From Spirochaetales bacterium (GTDB lineage: Bacteria; Spirochaetota; Spirochaetia; Sphaerochaetales; Sphaerochaetaceae): DNA of 64,000 bases. The stretch covers positions 96 to 64,095 of the forward strand of contig JAAZAT010000303.1 in the NCBI GenBank assembly GCA_012514185.1, written 5' to 3'. A program made the translations under genes and the position numbers. This document shows, piece after piece, positions 29,514 through 39,727 of this stretch (its first letter is position 1; each line of letters opens with the position of its first letter). Under the pieces are notes generated by a model. That model worked only from the letters and a program-made list of their open reading frames with translations, ran no database searches and was not told the origin of the DNA.

Positions 29514-30731
29514 TCAGGGTTTCGGATTGTCCAACACTCCCATGAAGAGGGGTATGCTTCTTTCCAGATCCAGGATGGCATACACAAACGGCCGATCAAA
29601 AACCAATCGAAGCGATTCAAGGGGCGGCATGCTGGTCACCTTCATCATGACTGCGGTGACCGCAGCAGCCTCGGTTCCTGTTTCATCCACTCGGATGAAG
29701 GTCTTGTGCAGTACCTCGTCGATGACGGCTTCAGGCTTCTTCGAGGCGAGCATTGCTGAGAATTCAGCCGAGCCGGCATCGAAACTGCGCCTCATCCCCA
29801 GATTCTGCAGTTCATCTTTCAGGCTGTCTGCGTACCTGCTTTCGAATTTTGGCAGGGATAGGTCGATGAATTCATACTCGGCATTGGCAAAGCCTTCGAA
29901 AAGCGAAGCTGAAAAATGTGCCTGTTTTTGCATTTCCAAAAAGGAGTACACCCCATATCCTTGGTCCGGCAGAATCGCCACCATCGTATACCGTTCGTTT
30001 TTGTAGGGGAGGTAGAGATACGATGCCCTGTTCTGATGAAGATAGGCAAAATGGCTTTGTTGGCTGAGAAACGGGATTTGGATGTCCCCACTCTGGGCGT
30101 GGAAGGTCATCGTCCTGGTTGCCCTCGGTTCGAATTCACTTCTCCATGCATCCTTGAAGCTGATGGCATTGATGAGATAGAGAAGCATATCGGGCTGCAC
30201 CTCATCGATGATGCTGTCAATCGCCCCTTTGGTAGCGTCCTTGACCCAGTCATTGATGACCTTGGTGCTTTTCTGTGCCTGGAAATTGAGGTTTCTTGCC
30301 TCTGCCCGATAGGCTTTGCGTACCTTGGCGAGAAATGTAGGGGAAAGATCCATCCTGTCGTTGGCCCACAGGCTGTTTGCGATGCTCACCTCTTTTGGTG
30401 ACTGTTTCAGGTAGGCAAGGCTTGCCTGATTCAAATCCTCGACAGAGAGGGAGGAGCCCGTAAGAACTGAAAGCATTTCCTCTTGCGTTTGGCCTGCTGC
30501 CCCATTGGCTGTCATGCCGAGGGCGAGCAGCACAGAAAGCGGGGAAATCATCCTGTCATGCACCGGCGAGCCGGTTGCAAAAAAGAGCTTGTCCGAGAAT
30601 GTTTGCACCGATTGAGTGAACAATGCCTCTTGCTGTTCGACAGTAAGAGTGGTTCTCTCTTCCTGAACCGGCATGGCAACCAGGCTCGCTGTGATGAGAA
30701 GCAGCAAAAAACTCAACGTATACATCCGCAT
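29514..30731 (-). CDS. Secreted serpin (serine protease inhibitor)
   Basis: Signal peptide; ISPLS, INDWV..T, LINAISFK..W, LPKF, DETGTEAAAVT hinge, FDRPF signature. Confidence 0.95.
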   Translation of the reverse strand: MRMYTLSFLLLLITASLVAMPVQEERTTLTVEQQEALFTQSVQTFSDKLFFATGSPVHDRMISPLSVLLALGMTANGAAGQTQEEMLSVLTGSSLSVEDLNQASLAYLKQSPKEVSIANSLWANDRMDLSPTFLAKVRKAYRAEARNLNFQAQKSTKVINDWVKDATKGAIDSIIDEVQPDMLLYLINAISFKDAWRSEFEPRATRTMTFHAQSGDIQIPFLSQQSHFAYLHQNRASYLYLPYKNERYTMVAILPDQGYGVYSFLEMQKQAHFSASLFEGFANAEYEFIDLSLPKFESRYADSLKDELQNLGMRRSFDAGSAEFSAMLASKKPEAVIDEVLHKTFIRVDETGTEAAAVTAVMMKVTSMPPLESLRLVFDRPFVYAILDLERSIPLFMGVLDNPKP

Positions 30732-30852
30732 ATGGCCCTCCTCGATGAAGCAAAGTGTAGCACACTCTACAGTTTTTACCGAGACTGAAGCAATGCTCCA
30801 TGGAATTCACACACTTGCGTCATACGCTGAAATGCATAGGAGCAGAAACAAC

Positions 30853-32385
30853 GTGAAAACTCTCAACAAGAAGCGTCTTCGGATTCGATCGATTGTGCAG
30901 CTGGTGTTCTTTATTTGGGTGGTGGTGGTAATCTCCCTTGGCTCGGCAGCAGAACGGGGTGTTGTACTTCCCTTTACTCCAAGCACAGCCTCCTTGCATG
31001 CAATCTGCCCGTTCGGCGGGGTGGTGAGTGCATGGAATTTGATCACCGAAGGAACGTTGGTCAAAAAAATCCATGACTCCTCGGTTGTTTTAGCTGTGTT
31101 GGGTGTCCTGCTTGCCATGCTGTTCGGCCCGGTCATCTGTGGATGGGTCTGTCCTTTCGGAACCTTCCAAGAGTGGGTGGGCCGCATCGGCAGGAAGCTG
31201 TTCAAACGTCGCTACAATACCTTCGTCCCTCAAAAAATTGACCGGTATCTGAGACTGCTTCGCTATGTCGTACTGGTCTGGGTGGTGGTAATGACCAGCG
31301 TGTCTGCAACCTTGGTGTTCCAGGCGTACGACCCGTATTACGCACTCTTCTCCTTTTTGCGCAGTGAATTCTCGCTTGCTGGAACCATCATTCTAGGCAT
31401 TGTCGTTTTGCTCTCACTCTTTGTGGAACGCCCGTTCTGCAAGTATGCCTGTCCGTATGGAGCATTTTTAGGTCTGTTCAACAAATTCCGAATTTTCAAG
31501 ATTCGACGCAACGATAACACATGCATCAGTTGTTCGAAGTGCAACCGTGCATGTCCGATGAACATCGATGTACAGGGAGGCGGCACTGTAACCTCCGCTC
31601 AGTGCATCTCCTGCATGGAGTGCACCAGCGACCGTGCGTGTCCCGTTCCGAAAACCGTGGTAAATGGTCTGAAACTCGACAAGGCCGCAGTGTCGACGAA
31701 CAAGGTGGGCCTGTTGACTGCCGGCATCCTGGTTGCAGGAATCCTGTTGTCGGTGGCTCTTGGTCTTTGGGAAACGACTTCAAGCAAACAGCCGGCCCTG
31801 ATCAAGAGCGGTGATTTTGCAGGGCTTGCCGATCCTGGCGACATTCGTGGCTCCTATACCTATCGTGATGTTCTTAAGAGCTTTGCGATACCGGAGACAG
31901 CTATGTTGAAAGCATTTCAAAGCTCGTCGCTGGACCAGCGGCTTGGAGATCTGGAGACGTTGTGGGCATCGGTGATTCCCGAGGGCACGGAGGTCGGTAC
32001 CGATTCGATCAGGCTCTTTGTCTCGCTCTATACGGGAATTCCGTATGAAGCGGAAGAGACAACCCTGTTGCCCAAGAGTGCAATCGAGGTGTTGATCAGC
32101 GAAGGCAGGAACACCGATCCGAACTTTGAGCGGTACACACGCGATGCCGTCTCCCTTCCTGCAGGGCTTGCAACCCAACCGGTTCCAGTCCAATCCAAGG
32201 AGGAGACCACCGCCTTCGCCTTCACCGGCAAGACTACCCTCGCAGAGCTGTTGGATGCAGGATACGCACAAGAGGATATCGAGGCGATTCTGGGTCCGAT
32301 GAAGAAGACCGATGCCATCAAGACAATTGCTGAGGCAAAGGGTATGAGTTTCAGTGATGTAAAGGCCCGGATTCTCGCGCTCTAG
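30853..32385 (+). CDS. Membrane 4Fe-4S binding protein (NapH/MauN-like) with C-terminal extracytoplasmic domain
   Basis: CPFGG, CGWVCPFG, FCKYACPYG, CISCSKCNRACPM, CISCMEC; GTG at 30853 after AGGAG. Confidence 0.85.
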   Translation: MKTLNKKRLRIRSIVQLVFFIWVVVVISLGSAAERGVVLPFTPSTASLHAICPFGGVVSAWNLITEGTLVKKIHDSSVVLAVLGVLLAMLFGPVICGWVCPFGTFQEWVGRIGRKLFKRRYNTFVPQKIDRYLRLLRYVVLVWVVVMTSVSATLVFQAYDPYYALFSFLRSEFSLAGTIILGIVVLLSLFVERPFCKYACPYGAFLGLFNKFRIFKIRRNDNTCISCSKCNRACPMNIDVQGGGTVTSAQCISCMECTSDRACPVPKTVVNGLKLDKAAVSTNKVGLLTAGILVAGILLSVALGLWETTSSKQPALIKSGDFAGLADPGDIRGSYTYRDVLKSFAIPETAMLKAFQSSSLDQRLGDLETLWASVIPEGTEVGTDSIRLFVSLYTGIPYEAEETTLLPKSAIEVLISEGRNTDPNFERYTRDAVSLPAGLATQPVPVQSKEETTAFAFTGKTTLAELLDAGYAQEDIEAILGPMKKTDAIKTIAEAKGMSFSDVKARILAL

Positions 32386-33263
32386 ATCGACAAGGCAAAC
32401 GAGAGGGGAATGGTCAGGATGCCCAACAGGGTGGATGTCAGCACCATGGTGCTGGCAAACTGGTTGGGCAGCCCGTAGCGAAGCGGCAGGATGCTGGTGA
32501 ACATGGCCGAGGGCAGGGCGGTGGAGACAAGTACCACCGTTCGAGCCAAACCGGTCAGGCCGAAAGCCATCACCGCAAGATAGCCGATGAGATACCCGCC
32601 AACAAAACGCAAAAGAAGAGCTCCGATGAGGTTCCATGAGAACGTGAATTTGATGGACCTGATGGAAACACCAAGCGCAAACGCCGCCAAGGGAGAAGCA
32701 GCTTCCCCTGCAAAGGTAAATGAATTGACCAGGCTCTGCGGCATGGAAAGAGGAGTGAGGCGAAACAAGAAGCCCAGCACTACAGACCAGAGAATGGGGG
32801 AGTGGAGCATCGAGAGGATGCTTTTCTTGCTGAAACCGCCGGTAATGACCAAGATACCCAGGGTGAACATGAATATGCCTTGTACCTGGTCGTAGATGAG
32901 AATGAGGTTCATGGCTTCCATGCCGCCCCAGAGTTTCATCAAGGGGATGCCCAAAAACCCGGAATTCATGAATACCAGGGGAGGGACTGTGCTGCGGATG
33001 TCCTCTTTGGCAAACTTGGCCCAAAGAATCGCAGCACCGAAGAGGAGGACGCACACCAAGGCGGAGGCCTTGGCCATATCGGCGATGGCTTGGCCGGTGA
33101 GGTTGCTTTCTGTCAGGGAGATGAAGATGAGAGCGGGCAAAAAGAAGTCGGAGGCCACCTTCACCAAATCCTGTACCTCAATGGAGTACAATGCGCTTAA
33201 AAGATATCCACCCAGGACAACCAGCAGGATGGGGAGCATCTGCAAGAATGATGAGAGTATCAT
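32382..33263 (-). CDS. AEC-family (auxin efflux/malate permease) transporter
   Basis: PALIF, NSGFLGIP, SPILWS, ALPSA motifs; start uncertain. Confidence 0.85.
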   Translation of the reverse strand: MILSSFLQMLPILLVVLGGYLLSALYSIEVQDLVKVASDFFLPALIFISLTESNLTGQAIADMAKASALVCVLLFGAAILWAKFAKEDIRSTVPPLVFMNSGFLGIPLMKLWGGMEAMNLILIYDQVQGIFMFTLGILVITGGFSKKSILSMLHSPILWSVVLGFLFRLTPLSMPQSLVNSFTFAGEAASPLAAFALGVSIRSIKFTFSWNLIGALLLRFVGGYLIGYLAVMAFGLTGLARTVVLVSTALPSAMFTSILPLRYGLPNQFASTMVLTSTLLGILTIPLSFALSI

Positions 33264-33401
33264 GGGAGGAACTATAGGAGAAAGAATCATTGCTTGCAAG
33301 CACTTTCATTTGGTAAAAAAAACTTCCACTTGCAAACACTGTTCTTGATTCTCCATTTTCTTCGGATATACTGGAACCACCCCAGTGGTGTAAGGAGCAT
33401 C

Positions 33402-35543
33402 ATGCATAGCACCCGCCCGAATCGCAATTGGAAGGAATTGCCGAACAAGGTTGTTCATATACAACGCAAAACCCATGTTGCCTTGCGGCTTTTGCTTCTC
33501 GGCCTTCCTATCGTCCTGATAATCATTCTGGCTTTTTCCCATTTCTATAGCCGTCTCAACTCCCTGTTGGATGCTGAAAAGCAAAGCCAATATGAAAACC
33601 GTGCCCAAGGATGTGCACTTCTGATAGTTCATCACCTAGAATCGGACCAGAAACGACTGCTGTTGCTCGCACAATCACTCTCGGGTTTTACCCTGGAGCA
33701 AAACCTTCATCTGGTTGAAAGCCTCGGTGAGAGCGATATCTCACTTGTTGTTGATGCAATTGCGGATGCAGCTCCGTTCTCGGTCGATGCTGCAGCTGTT
33801 GTGCACCGCACATCAGTGGAGACGGCTGATGGGAAGAGCGCGGTGCTGCAACTGAAAGTCAGTCCGGTGGCATACCGAAGCATGCTTTCTTGTCCCGAAC
33901 ACGCAAAAAGCTCCCGCATGATGTGGGCCGATGAGGACGGATCGATCATTTGGCAGTTTAAAGCCGATGAACAGCAGGTTGGAACTGAATCGTTGGCTGC
34001 GTTGTATCCTGCTTGGGAACAAGGAGGCCTGGTAAGCTTTCTGATGAAGGACAATGCTTCCTATACGACAATACTCCCTCTGGGAAACGGATATGGATAC
34101 TTCGTCCTTGAGAGCCACGACAAGTTACTGGAACAAGCCTACCTGACCATCCTCCAGGCATCGCTTTCCATGGCGGTTTTGGTATCGCTTCTGTTGCTTT
34201 CGCTGCTGTTCTACCTGCTTCTCAAAGACTCTGTGTATGAGCGGTCCCTGCTGCACCTTGCGTTCAGGGACGAGCTGACAGGGCTGCCGAACAAGAACCA
34301 TTTTGTCCAGGAAGCTTCGCAGCTGCTCGAGCGTGCACGCAGTCCGTACGCGGTCATCATTTTGGACATCGGCAAGTTCAAGCTCATCAACGACCACTTT
34401 GGGTATGCATTCGGTGATTCCATGCTGTTGTATTTTTCCAAAGTCCTTCCACGCTATACCACCAAGGACGGTGTTTGTGCACGATTGAGCGGGGACAAGT
34501 TCATTCTTTTATGCAGCTATCGTGAAAAAGAGTCTTTGGACCGCAGGATCAGCGTCATCACCGAAGAGCTGAAGCGCTTTTCTTTTCCTGGAGCCTCTCC
34601 CTTCCAGCTGGATATCCTGATTGGGATATCTTTGATCGAAGACAGCAAGATTTCAATCAATGCAGCGATCGACAAGGCTCTTTTTGCACTTTCCGCCCTG
34701 AAAGAACGGCAGGCAAGCGGATATTTATACTATGATGAAGTATTGCGCTCCCAACTGCTCGAGGAGAGCGAGTTGGACAAGGTCTTTGCAAAGGCCTTGA
34801 AAGCAGGTGAGTTCCATATTGTTCTCCAGCCCAAATACTCGTTGCAGACCCTTCGTTTGGTCGGTTGCGAGGCGTTGGTACGGTGGGACCATCCCAGCAA
34901 AGGCCTTTTGGCCCCTTCCCAATTCATACCGCTCCTTGAAAAACACAACCTGTTGGTCACCTTGGATATGTTTGTCCTTGAGCAGGTATGCAGGCTGATA
35001 AAACAATGGCAGCTCAAGGGACTGCCGCTGCTGCCGATATCGGTCAACCAATCACGCTCGTACCTGTTCAATACCCATTACGAGCAGACCTTGGTTGAAT
35101 TGATCGACCGCTACGAGGTGGAGCATCGCCTCATCGAATTCGAGCTGACCGAGAGCCTGTTCCTCAATGACGTAAAGCACCTGTCTAAGGTCTTGTCCTC
35201 GCTTCGCAGGCACTCCTTCCTGGTTTCCCTTGATGATTTCGGTAGTGGATACTCCTCATTGACCATGCTCAAGGATGTCGCAATCGATAAGATCAAGCTC
35301 GACCAAGGCTTCCTCAAGGGGACGGATGAACATCATAGGGGCAAGGTGGTGGTGCAGCATGTCATCGCCATGGCCAAGCAGCTCGGCATCACAACCGTTG
35401 CCGAGGGCGTGGAGACAGGCGAGCAGGTCCATATGCTTCAGATGCTGGGTTGTGATGTGGTGCAGGGCTACTTCTTCAGTCATCCCTTGCAGGTTTCAGA
35501 GTATGAAGCGTTGCTTATCGATGATCGCCTCCCTTCTTCCTGA
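33402..35543 (+). CDS. Membrane sensor with GGDEF-EAL domains (probable c-di-GMP phosphodiesterase)
   Basis: Two TM helices; DELTGLPN; degenerate SGDKF; intact EALVRW, ELTES, DDFGSGYSS, AEGVET, QGY. Confidence 0.92.
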   Translation: MHSTRPNRNWKELPNKVVHIQRKTHVALRLLLLGLPIVLIIILAFSHFYSRLNSLLDAEKQSQYENRAQGCALLIVHHLESDQKRLLLLAQSLSGFTLEQNLHLVESLGESDISLVVDAIADAAPFSVDAAAVVHRTSVETADGKSAVLQLKVSPVAYRSMLSCPEHAKSSRMMWADEDGSIIWQFKADEQQVGTESLAALYPAWEQGGLVSFLMKDNASYTTILPLGNGYGYFVLESHDKLLEQAYLTILQASLSMAVLVSLLLLSLLFYLLLKDSVYERSLLHLAFRDELTGLPNKNHFVQEASQLLERARSPYAVIILDIGKFKLINDHFGYAFGDSMLLYFSKVLPRYTTKDGVCARLSGDKFILLCSYREKESLDRRISVITEELKRFSFPGASPFQLDILIGISLIEDSKISINAAIDKALFALSALKERQASGYLYYDEVLRSQLLEESELDKVFAKALKAGEFHIVLQPKYSLQTLRLVGCEALVRWDHPSKGLLAPSQFIPLLEKHNLLVTLDMFVLEQVCRLIKQWQLKGLPLLPISVNQSRSYLFNTHYEQTLVELIDRYEVEHRLIEFELTESLFLNDVKHLSKVLSSLRRHSFLVSLDDFGSGYSSLTMLKDVAIDKIKLDQGFLKGTDEHHRGKVVVQHVIAMAKQLGITTVAEGVETGEQVHMLQMLGCDVVQGYFFSHPLQVSEYEALLIDDRLPSS

Positions 35544-35808
35544 ACAAGGAGAGAGTCCCAAACCCTCCCACGATTGCAAGGTAGAAGCCGAATTCATACC
35601 ACCAGCCTGCATTGTTGACGGCATAGATGCGCACCTCGGGTTTGAACAGGCGAACGACAAGCGCTATCGGGGCCATCCATCCATGCCAGACTCCGAGAAA
35701 GAAGCCTGCGACTTTGCTTGCCGGCTCTGAGGTCTGGGTGGCAAGGCAGCCGCCGAGCAACAGGACCAAGCCAAGAGCAAGTGCGATTACCAACAATGAT
35801 CTCTTCAT
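35515..35808 (-). CDS. Small conserved-type lipoprotein/membrane protein
   Basis: LLGG-C lipobox; AGFFLGVWHG...IYAVNNAGWWYEFGF; ATGA overlap with upstream gene. Confidence 0.7.
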   Translation of the reverse strand: MKRSLLVIALALGLVLLLGGCLATQTSEPASKVAGFFLGVWHGWMAPIALVVRLFKPEVRIYAVNNAGWWYEFGFYLAIVGGFGTLSLFRKKGGDHR

Positions 35809-36752
35809 GATCGTCCTCCTATGATGGCAGCGATTCTTGATTGCACACGGCGTGCTTCAGGTATGGGGAAGAGAGGATAGTCATGATTCATCCGTTTCCC
35901 CTCATGATATTCGAGCATGGCCATCTCCTGCTTTGCCTTCCGCCTGAGAGCCCGGGCATCGGCAAGAAAAAGCTCATGCGTTCCTACAAAGAGAATGATC
36001 GGAGGCAGGTTCGCCAGAGAGCCGAAAAGCGGGCTCACCCGCCAATCCGTCGGCTCGACATCTCCCCTCCAAGCCCTGCCATAGAGGCGAAGCTCCTCTT
36101 TGGAGAGCATCGGATCCTGGCCTTGGAGAAAGTCAGTGGATGGATTGGTCAGCTCGATATCCAGCCAGGGGGAGATCAGGATGAGGTGATCGAGCCGCCT
36201 TCTGATCCGTTCATCCATACTCTGGGCGAGTGCAAGAGCGAGGCCTCCGCCCGCTGAGTCTCCCATCAGGGTGATTTGTTCTGCTTCCTGCTTTTTAAAA
36301 AGACGCAGCAGGGAGGGCAGTACCTCGCTGACTTGGTGGTCGGGAGCCTTGGGATAGATGGGGACTATCATGCGGCAACCGCTCATTCGTATCAGCCTCT
36401 CCAGAAAAATCCAATGGGCAAAGGTAGGTTGCTGAACATAAGCACCTCCATGCAGAAAGAAAACCAGGTTCTTGGCACGCTTGTCGCCCATGGTAAACAC
36501 CTGCATGTTCTCAAAGAGAAACTCCTCCACATTGACAAGCAACCCCAATCCCAGAGGAAGGCTGTAGCTTTGGCGGCTGATTTCTGCCAATTCGTCGAGG
36601 CTCTTATGGATTACAACCAAGCTTTGGCGGATTCTCAGATAGAGCAGCTGCTCGCTCATGAAGCTGGACGCACTGCGTTTTTCCCGTATTCTGATGACTA
36701 GCGAGAAGGCTGTCAGAATCAGCAGAAACAGCAGCAGTGCGCGGATGTCCAT
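35805..36752 (-). CDS. Alpha/beta hydrolase (HSL-like esterase)
   Basis: HGGAY oxyanion motif, GDSAGG nucleophile, SPW, C-terminal His. Confidence 0.9.
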   Translation of the reverse strand: MDIRALLLFLLILTAFSLVIRIREKRSASSFMSEQLLYLRIRQSLVVIHKSLDELAEISRQSYSLPLGLGLLVNVEEFLFENMQVFTMGDKRAKNLVFFLHGGAYVQQPTFAHWIFLERLIRMSGCRMIVPIYPKAPDHQVSEVLPSLLRLFKKQEAEQITLMGDSAGGGLALALAQSMDERIRRRLDHLILISPWLDIELTNPSTDFLQGQDPMLSKEELRLYGRAWRGDVEPTDWRVSPLFGSLANLPPIILFVGTHELFLADARALRRKAKQEMAMLEYHEGKRMNHDYPLFPIPEARRVQSRIAAIIGGRS

Positions 36753-36755
36753 AGG

Positions 36756-37505
36756 CTAGAGGATGATGAAACGGAAAATCGCCTGATTGAACAGATGGGT
36801 GAGTGCATGGGCGAGCATTGCATACTGCAGTCCCTTTTTGCAGTACAAGAGACCGAAGACAAAACCCAACACCCCGTTGAGCAGCAAGGTGCGGGCAAGC
36901 AAAAGGAGTGTGATCTCACCGAATGCCATCTTGGTTGCAGGAAGGTGGCCGAGGGCGAAGAGCACGGCGGCGATGAGGTTTGCAAGAAGGTGGAACCATC
37001 CGGGAATAGGCGTAACACCCCGATTTTTTCCCCTCATCATATCGAGGATGAGAACCAACAGGGAGAGCATGAAGAAACGCAACATGATCTCTTCAATGAT
37101 GCCGCCGTAGAGCATGGAGAAGAGCAGGGAGATGAGGGTGAACGATTCCTTGGTGTAGGCAGCCTGGACTTGGGCGATCCGGGGTGCGAACAAATAGTAG
37201 TCGCTGATCATCACCAACGCACAGCCCAAACCGACCAATACGGTGAACAGCGTTTCTTGTTTCGTAAAAGCGAAAGGCTTGAGCAGGCCGGTTCTCTCTG
37301 CAATCAGGTACCCGAGATAGGAGAGCACCAGGGTATAGATGAAGGCAATCTGGATCATGGAGGCGAATATCAACAAGAGCGTAGGAGCCTGCATTCCGGC
37401 TTGTTTCATCGCATTGACATTCGCCATGGCCAGATAGATGCTGCACAGTATTCCTACGGGCAGCAACGTTAATCCGAAGTGCAAGGCTTTCTTATGTATC
37501 TTCAT
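36756..37505 (-). CDS. CPBP/Abi (CAAX protease-like) membrane protein
   Basis: EEIMLR, FALGH, HALTH motifs. Confidence 0.9.
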   Translation of the reverse strand: MKIHKKALHFGLTLLPVGILCSIYLAMANVNAMKQAGMQAPTLLLIFASMIQIAFIYTLVLSYLGYLIAERTGLLKPFAFTKQETLFTVLVGLGCALVMISDYYLFAPRIAQVQAAYTKESFTLISLLFSMLYGGIIEEIMLRFFMLSLLVLILDMMRGKNRGVTPIPGWFHLLANLIAAVLFALGHLPATKMAFGEITLLLLARTLLLNGVLGFVFGLLYCKKGLQYAMLAHALTHLFNQAIFRFIIL

Positions 37506-37551
37506 GCATCACTCCTGGTTTCTGACTGTACTCCACCTGCTCTTCGATGAC

Positions 37552-37587
37552 AAGAGAAGAGGGCTGCAGCACAGCCCCCGTCTTTTG
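37552..37587 (-). terminator. Probable terminator after the LCCL gene
   Basis: GGGCTG-N5-CAGCCC hairpin (37561-37577) followed on the minus strand by a pyrimidine run. Confidence 0.5.
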
Positions 37588-37601
37588 GATATCGAAATTG
37601 T

Positions 37602-38429
37602 TCAGCGAACGAAAGTAAACGCTTCGTTTGGTGCATCATACTCATAGGATTCGATGCCGTTTCTCTCTGAGCCTGCAAAGGTTGAGCGCATCGGCAGCAT
37701 CTGAACGGTTACCGTACCGCCCGCATCAAAGGTGACAAGGCCCTTATGGACAGCGGCGCTTCCAATCGGCGTGTCTCCGGTATAGGGATCGGAGCCCCAT
37801 ACTTCCTTTTCAGTCCCGCCGGCGGGAAGGGTGACGGTCATGGTCTGTCCTTCCTCGAGCCCGAGCTCACGGATTGTGTTGGACCAATCGACCTGCACTC
37901 CTCCGGTCTCCTGCAAAGTGATGGGCTTGCCCTTGGCATCCACAAACACGAAGCTCAGCGGCCATGACTCGTACGTGCTTGAAACCACAGAGTTGCGCAG
38001 CAAGCCGCCATACTTGGTTCGGCCGTCGGTAATTTCTATGGTTACCACCCCGCCTTTTTGGAAGGTGATCAAACCCATGTGCACTGCTGCGCTGCCGATG
38101 CTGCTGTCGGTGGTGTACTCGCCCAAACCCCAGAGATTTCCTGAAAACCCGTTGGGAGGCAGCTCAAGCGTAACACGATCGCCGATGACATGGGTGAACG
38201 CTTCAGCATTCTGGTCCCATGCAGCCAGCGAAGGCCGTTCTCCCTTGACTTCCTGCATCGCAGAGGCTTCTTCTTCAGGTTCAGCTTCTGCTTCCTGAGT
38301 TGCTTCCTTGGAAAATTCAAGGTGCAGATTCGGTCCGCCTGGTCCGATTTCAAACCCGCCGGACGTACAGCCGATGAGTAATCCGATGAGCAACAAGACG
38401 CTCATCACTTTCAGTGAACGTGTTTTCAT
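37602..38429 (-). CDS. Lipoprotein with two LCCL domains
   Basis: LIG-C lipobox; WGxxxYTxDS/TxIxxAAVHxG...GG occurs twice. Confidence 0.85.
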   Translation of the reverse strand: MKTRSLKVMSVLLLIGLLIGCTSGGFEIGPGGPNLHLEFSKEATQEAEAEPEEEASAMQEVKGERPSLAAWDQNAEAFTHVIGDRVTLELPPNGFSGNLWGLGEYTTDSSIGSAAVHMGLITFQKGGVVTIEITDGRTKYGGLLRNSVVSSTYESWPLSFVFVDAKGKPITLQETGGVQVDWSNTIRELGLEEGQTMTVTLPAGGTEKEVWGSDPYTGDTPIGSAAVHKGLVTFDAGGTVTVQMLPMRSTFAGSERNGIESYEYDAPNEAFTFVR

Positions 38430-38629
38430 TCCTACCCCCTTACGTTGTTGCAGGGCATAGCACAGACCAAGCTTCAGGGACTAGTTGTACCAAACCCCGA
38501 CAATTGCTACTGACGGTATCAGCATACTGTGCAAATGCAAAATCCGAAAGAGCGACGACCGTTCAATTGTTGAAATTGGTCTTGATAGATGACGGCGCTT
38601 GCACCACACTGGTCAGGGGAGAACCACAC

Positions 38630-39727
38630 ATGGAACTGATACACACCAACGACGAACGTATTGAGCAATTGATTGAGTACTTGAACCTTCTCGGCAACGG
38701 GACAACCGACAAGCAGACGTATGCACGCTTTGCACCGGTATTGGAAACCGCTACTGCCTTTGAGGCAAACAGCGCCCTGGAATCATTGCTCTCCCAAGCC
38801 GATGATGTGACGGTGCATACAGCGGCGGTGGCCCGATTCATCCGCTCCATAGGCAAGGGATTGGAGAGCCAGAGCCTGCCTGAGTATCCCAAGGGTTCAT
38901 TCTTCGCTTCCCTTGACCAGGAGAACCGCACCATCGCACGTGGCATGGAAGAGCTGCAGCGGTTGGCCAAGAGGTTGCAGAAGCAACAGAGCGAAGACCT
39001 CTCTTCTCTGATTGATGAGGTTGCATCCTTTTCCCTGATCAAGGACCATTATGAGCGGATACAGAATGAGTTGTTTCCGCTTTTTGAGAAAGCGAGCACC
39101 GAACACAGCTGTGTCAAGCTGATGTGGTCGATCCAGGATACCGCCCTTGGCCTTCAGAAAGCCGTACTTTCAGATGACAGAAGAGACCTGAAGCGATTAT
39201 GGAAGGTGTTTGGACAATTTTATGTACATGTCGGTATTCTGTGCTATCGGGAACAATATATCTTGCTTCCTGTTGCATACCGGGCTCTGGGAACTCAAGA
39301 GCAGGTCCAGCGGGAGATTTCTTCTTTGCACAGGTTTGTGAGCAGGACGGGATCCTTGTCGAATCAGGAGTTGGAGCAAATTTTCTCGGTATTGCCGTTC
39401 GATATCGCTTTCATCGGCAGCGACGACCGTCTGAAGTTCTATTCAGATCCTCCCCATCGCATTTTTGTACGTACTCCCCAGGTTATCGGACGCTTGGTTC
39501 AAAACTGCCATCCGCCTAAAAGCGTACATACCGTCCAAGCCATCCTCGACTCCTTCAAGGAAGGAAGGGAGGATTCGGCTGAATTTTATCTGGTTATGAA
39601 AGGGAGATTCATCCACATCCAGTACTACGCAGTGCGTAGTACTGATGGCGGGTACCTGGGGTGTATGGAGGTAACCCAGGACGCAACACATCTCAGATCC
39701 CTTACGGGCGAGAAACGGTTGCTTTAG
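38630..39727 (+). CDS. DUF438-like protein with hemerythrin-like and PAS domains
   Basis: HYERIQNELFP, MWSIQD, EQYILLP; PAS part IFVRTPQVIGRLVQNCHPPKS, GCMEVTQD. Confidence 0.82.
   Translation: MELIHTNDERIEQLIEYLNLLGNGTTDKQTYARFAPVLETATAFEANSALESLLSQADDVTVHTAAVARFIRSIGKGLESQSLPEYPKGSFFASLDQENRTIARGMEELQRLAKRLQKQQSEDLSSLIDEVASFSLIKDHYERIQNELFPLFEKASTEHSCVKLMWSIQDTALGLQKAVLSDDRRDLKRLWKVFGQFYVHVGILCYREQYILLPVAYRALGTQEQVQREISSLHRFVSRTGSLSNQELEQIFSVLPFDIAFIGSDDRLKFYSDPPHRIFVRTPQVIGRLVQNCHPPKSVHTVQAILDSFKEGREDSAEFYLVMKGRFIHIQYYAVRSTDGGYLGCMEVTQDATHLRSLTGEKRLL

Noticed and set aside
31780-33054. 424-aa minus-strand ORF
   Set aside because: Overlaps two well-supported genes in other frames; composition looks non-coding.
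38562-38595. Possible FNR/CRP site upstream of the DUF438-like gene
   Set aside because: Only a TTGAT half-site; second half does not match.
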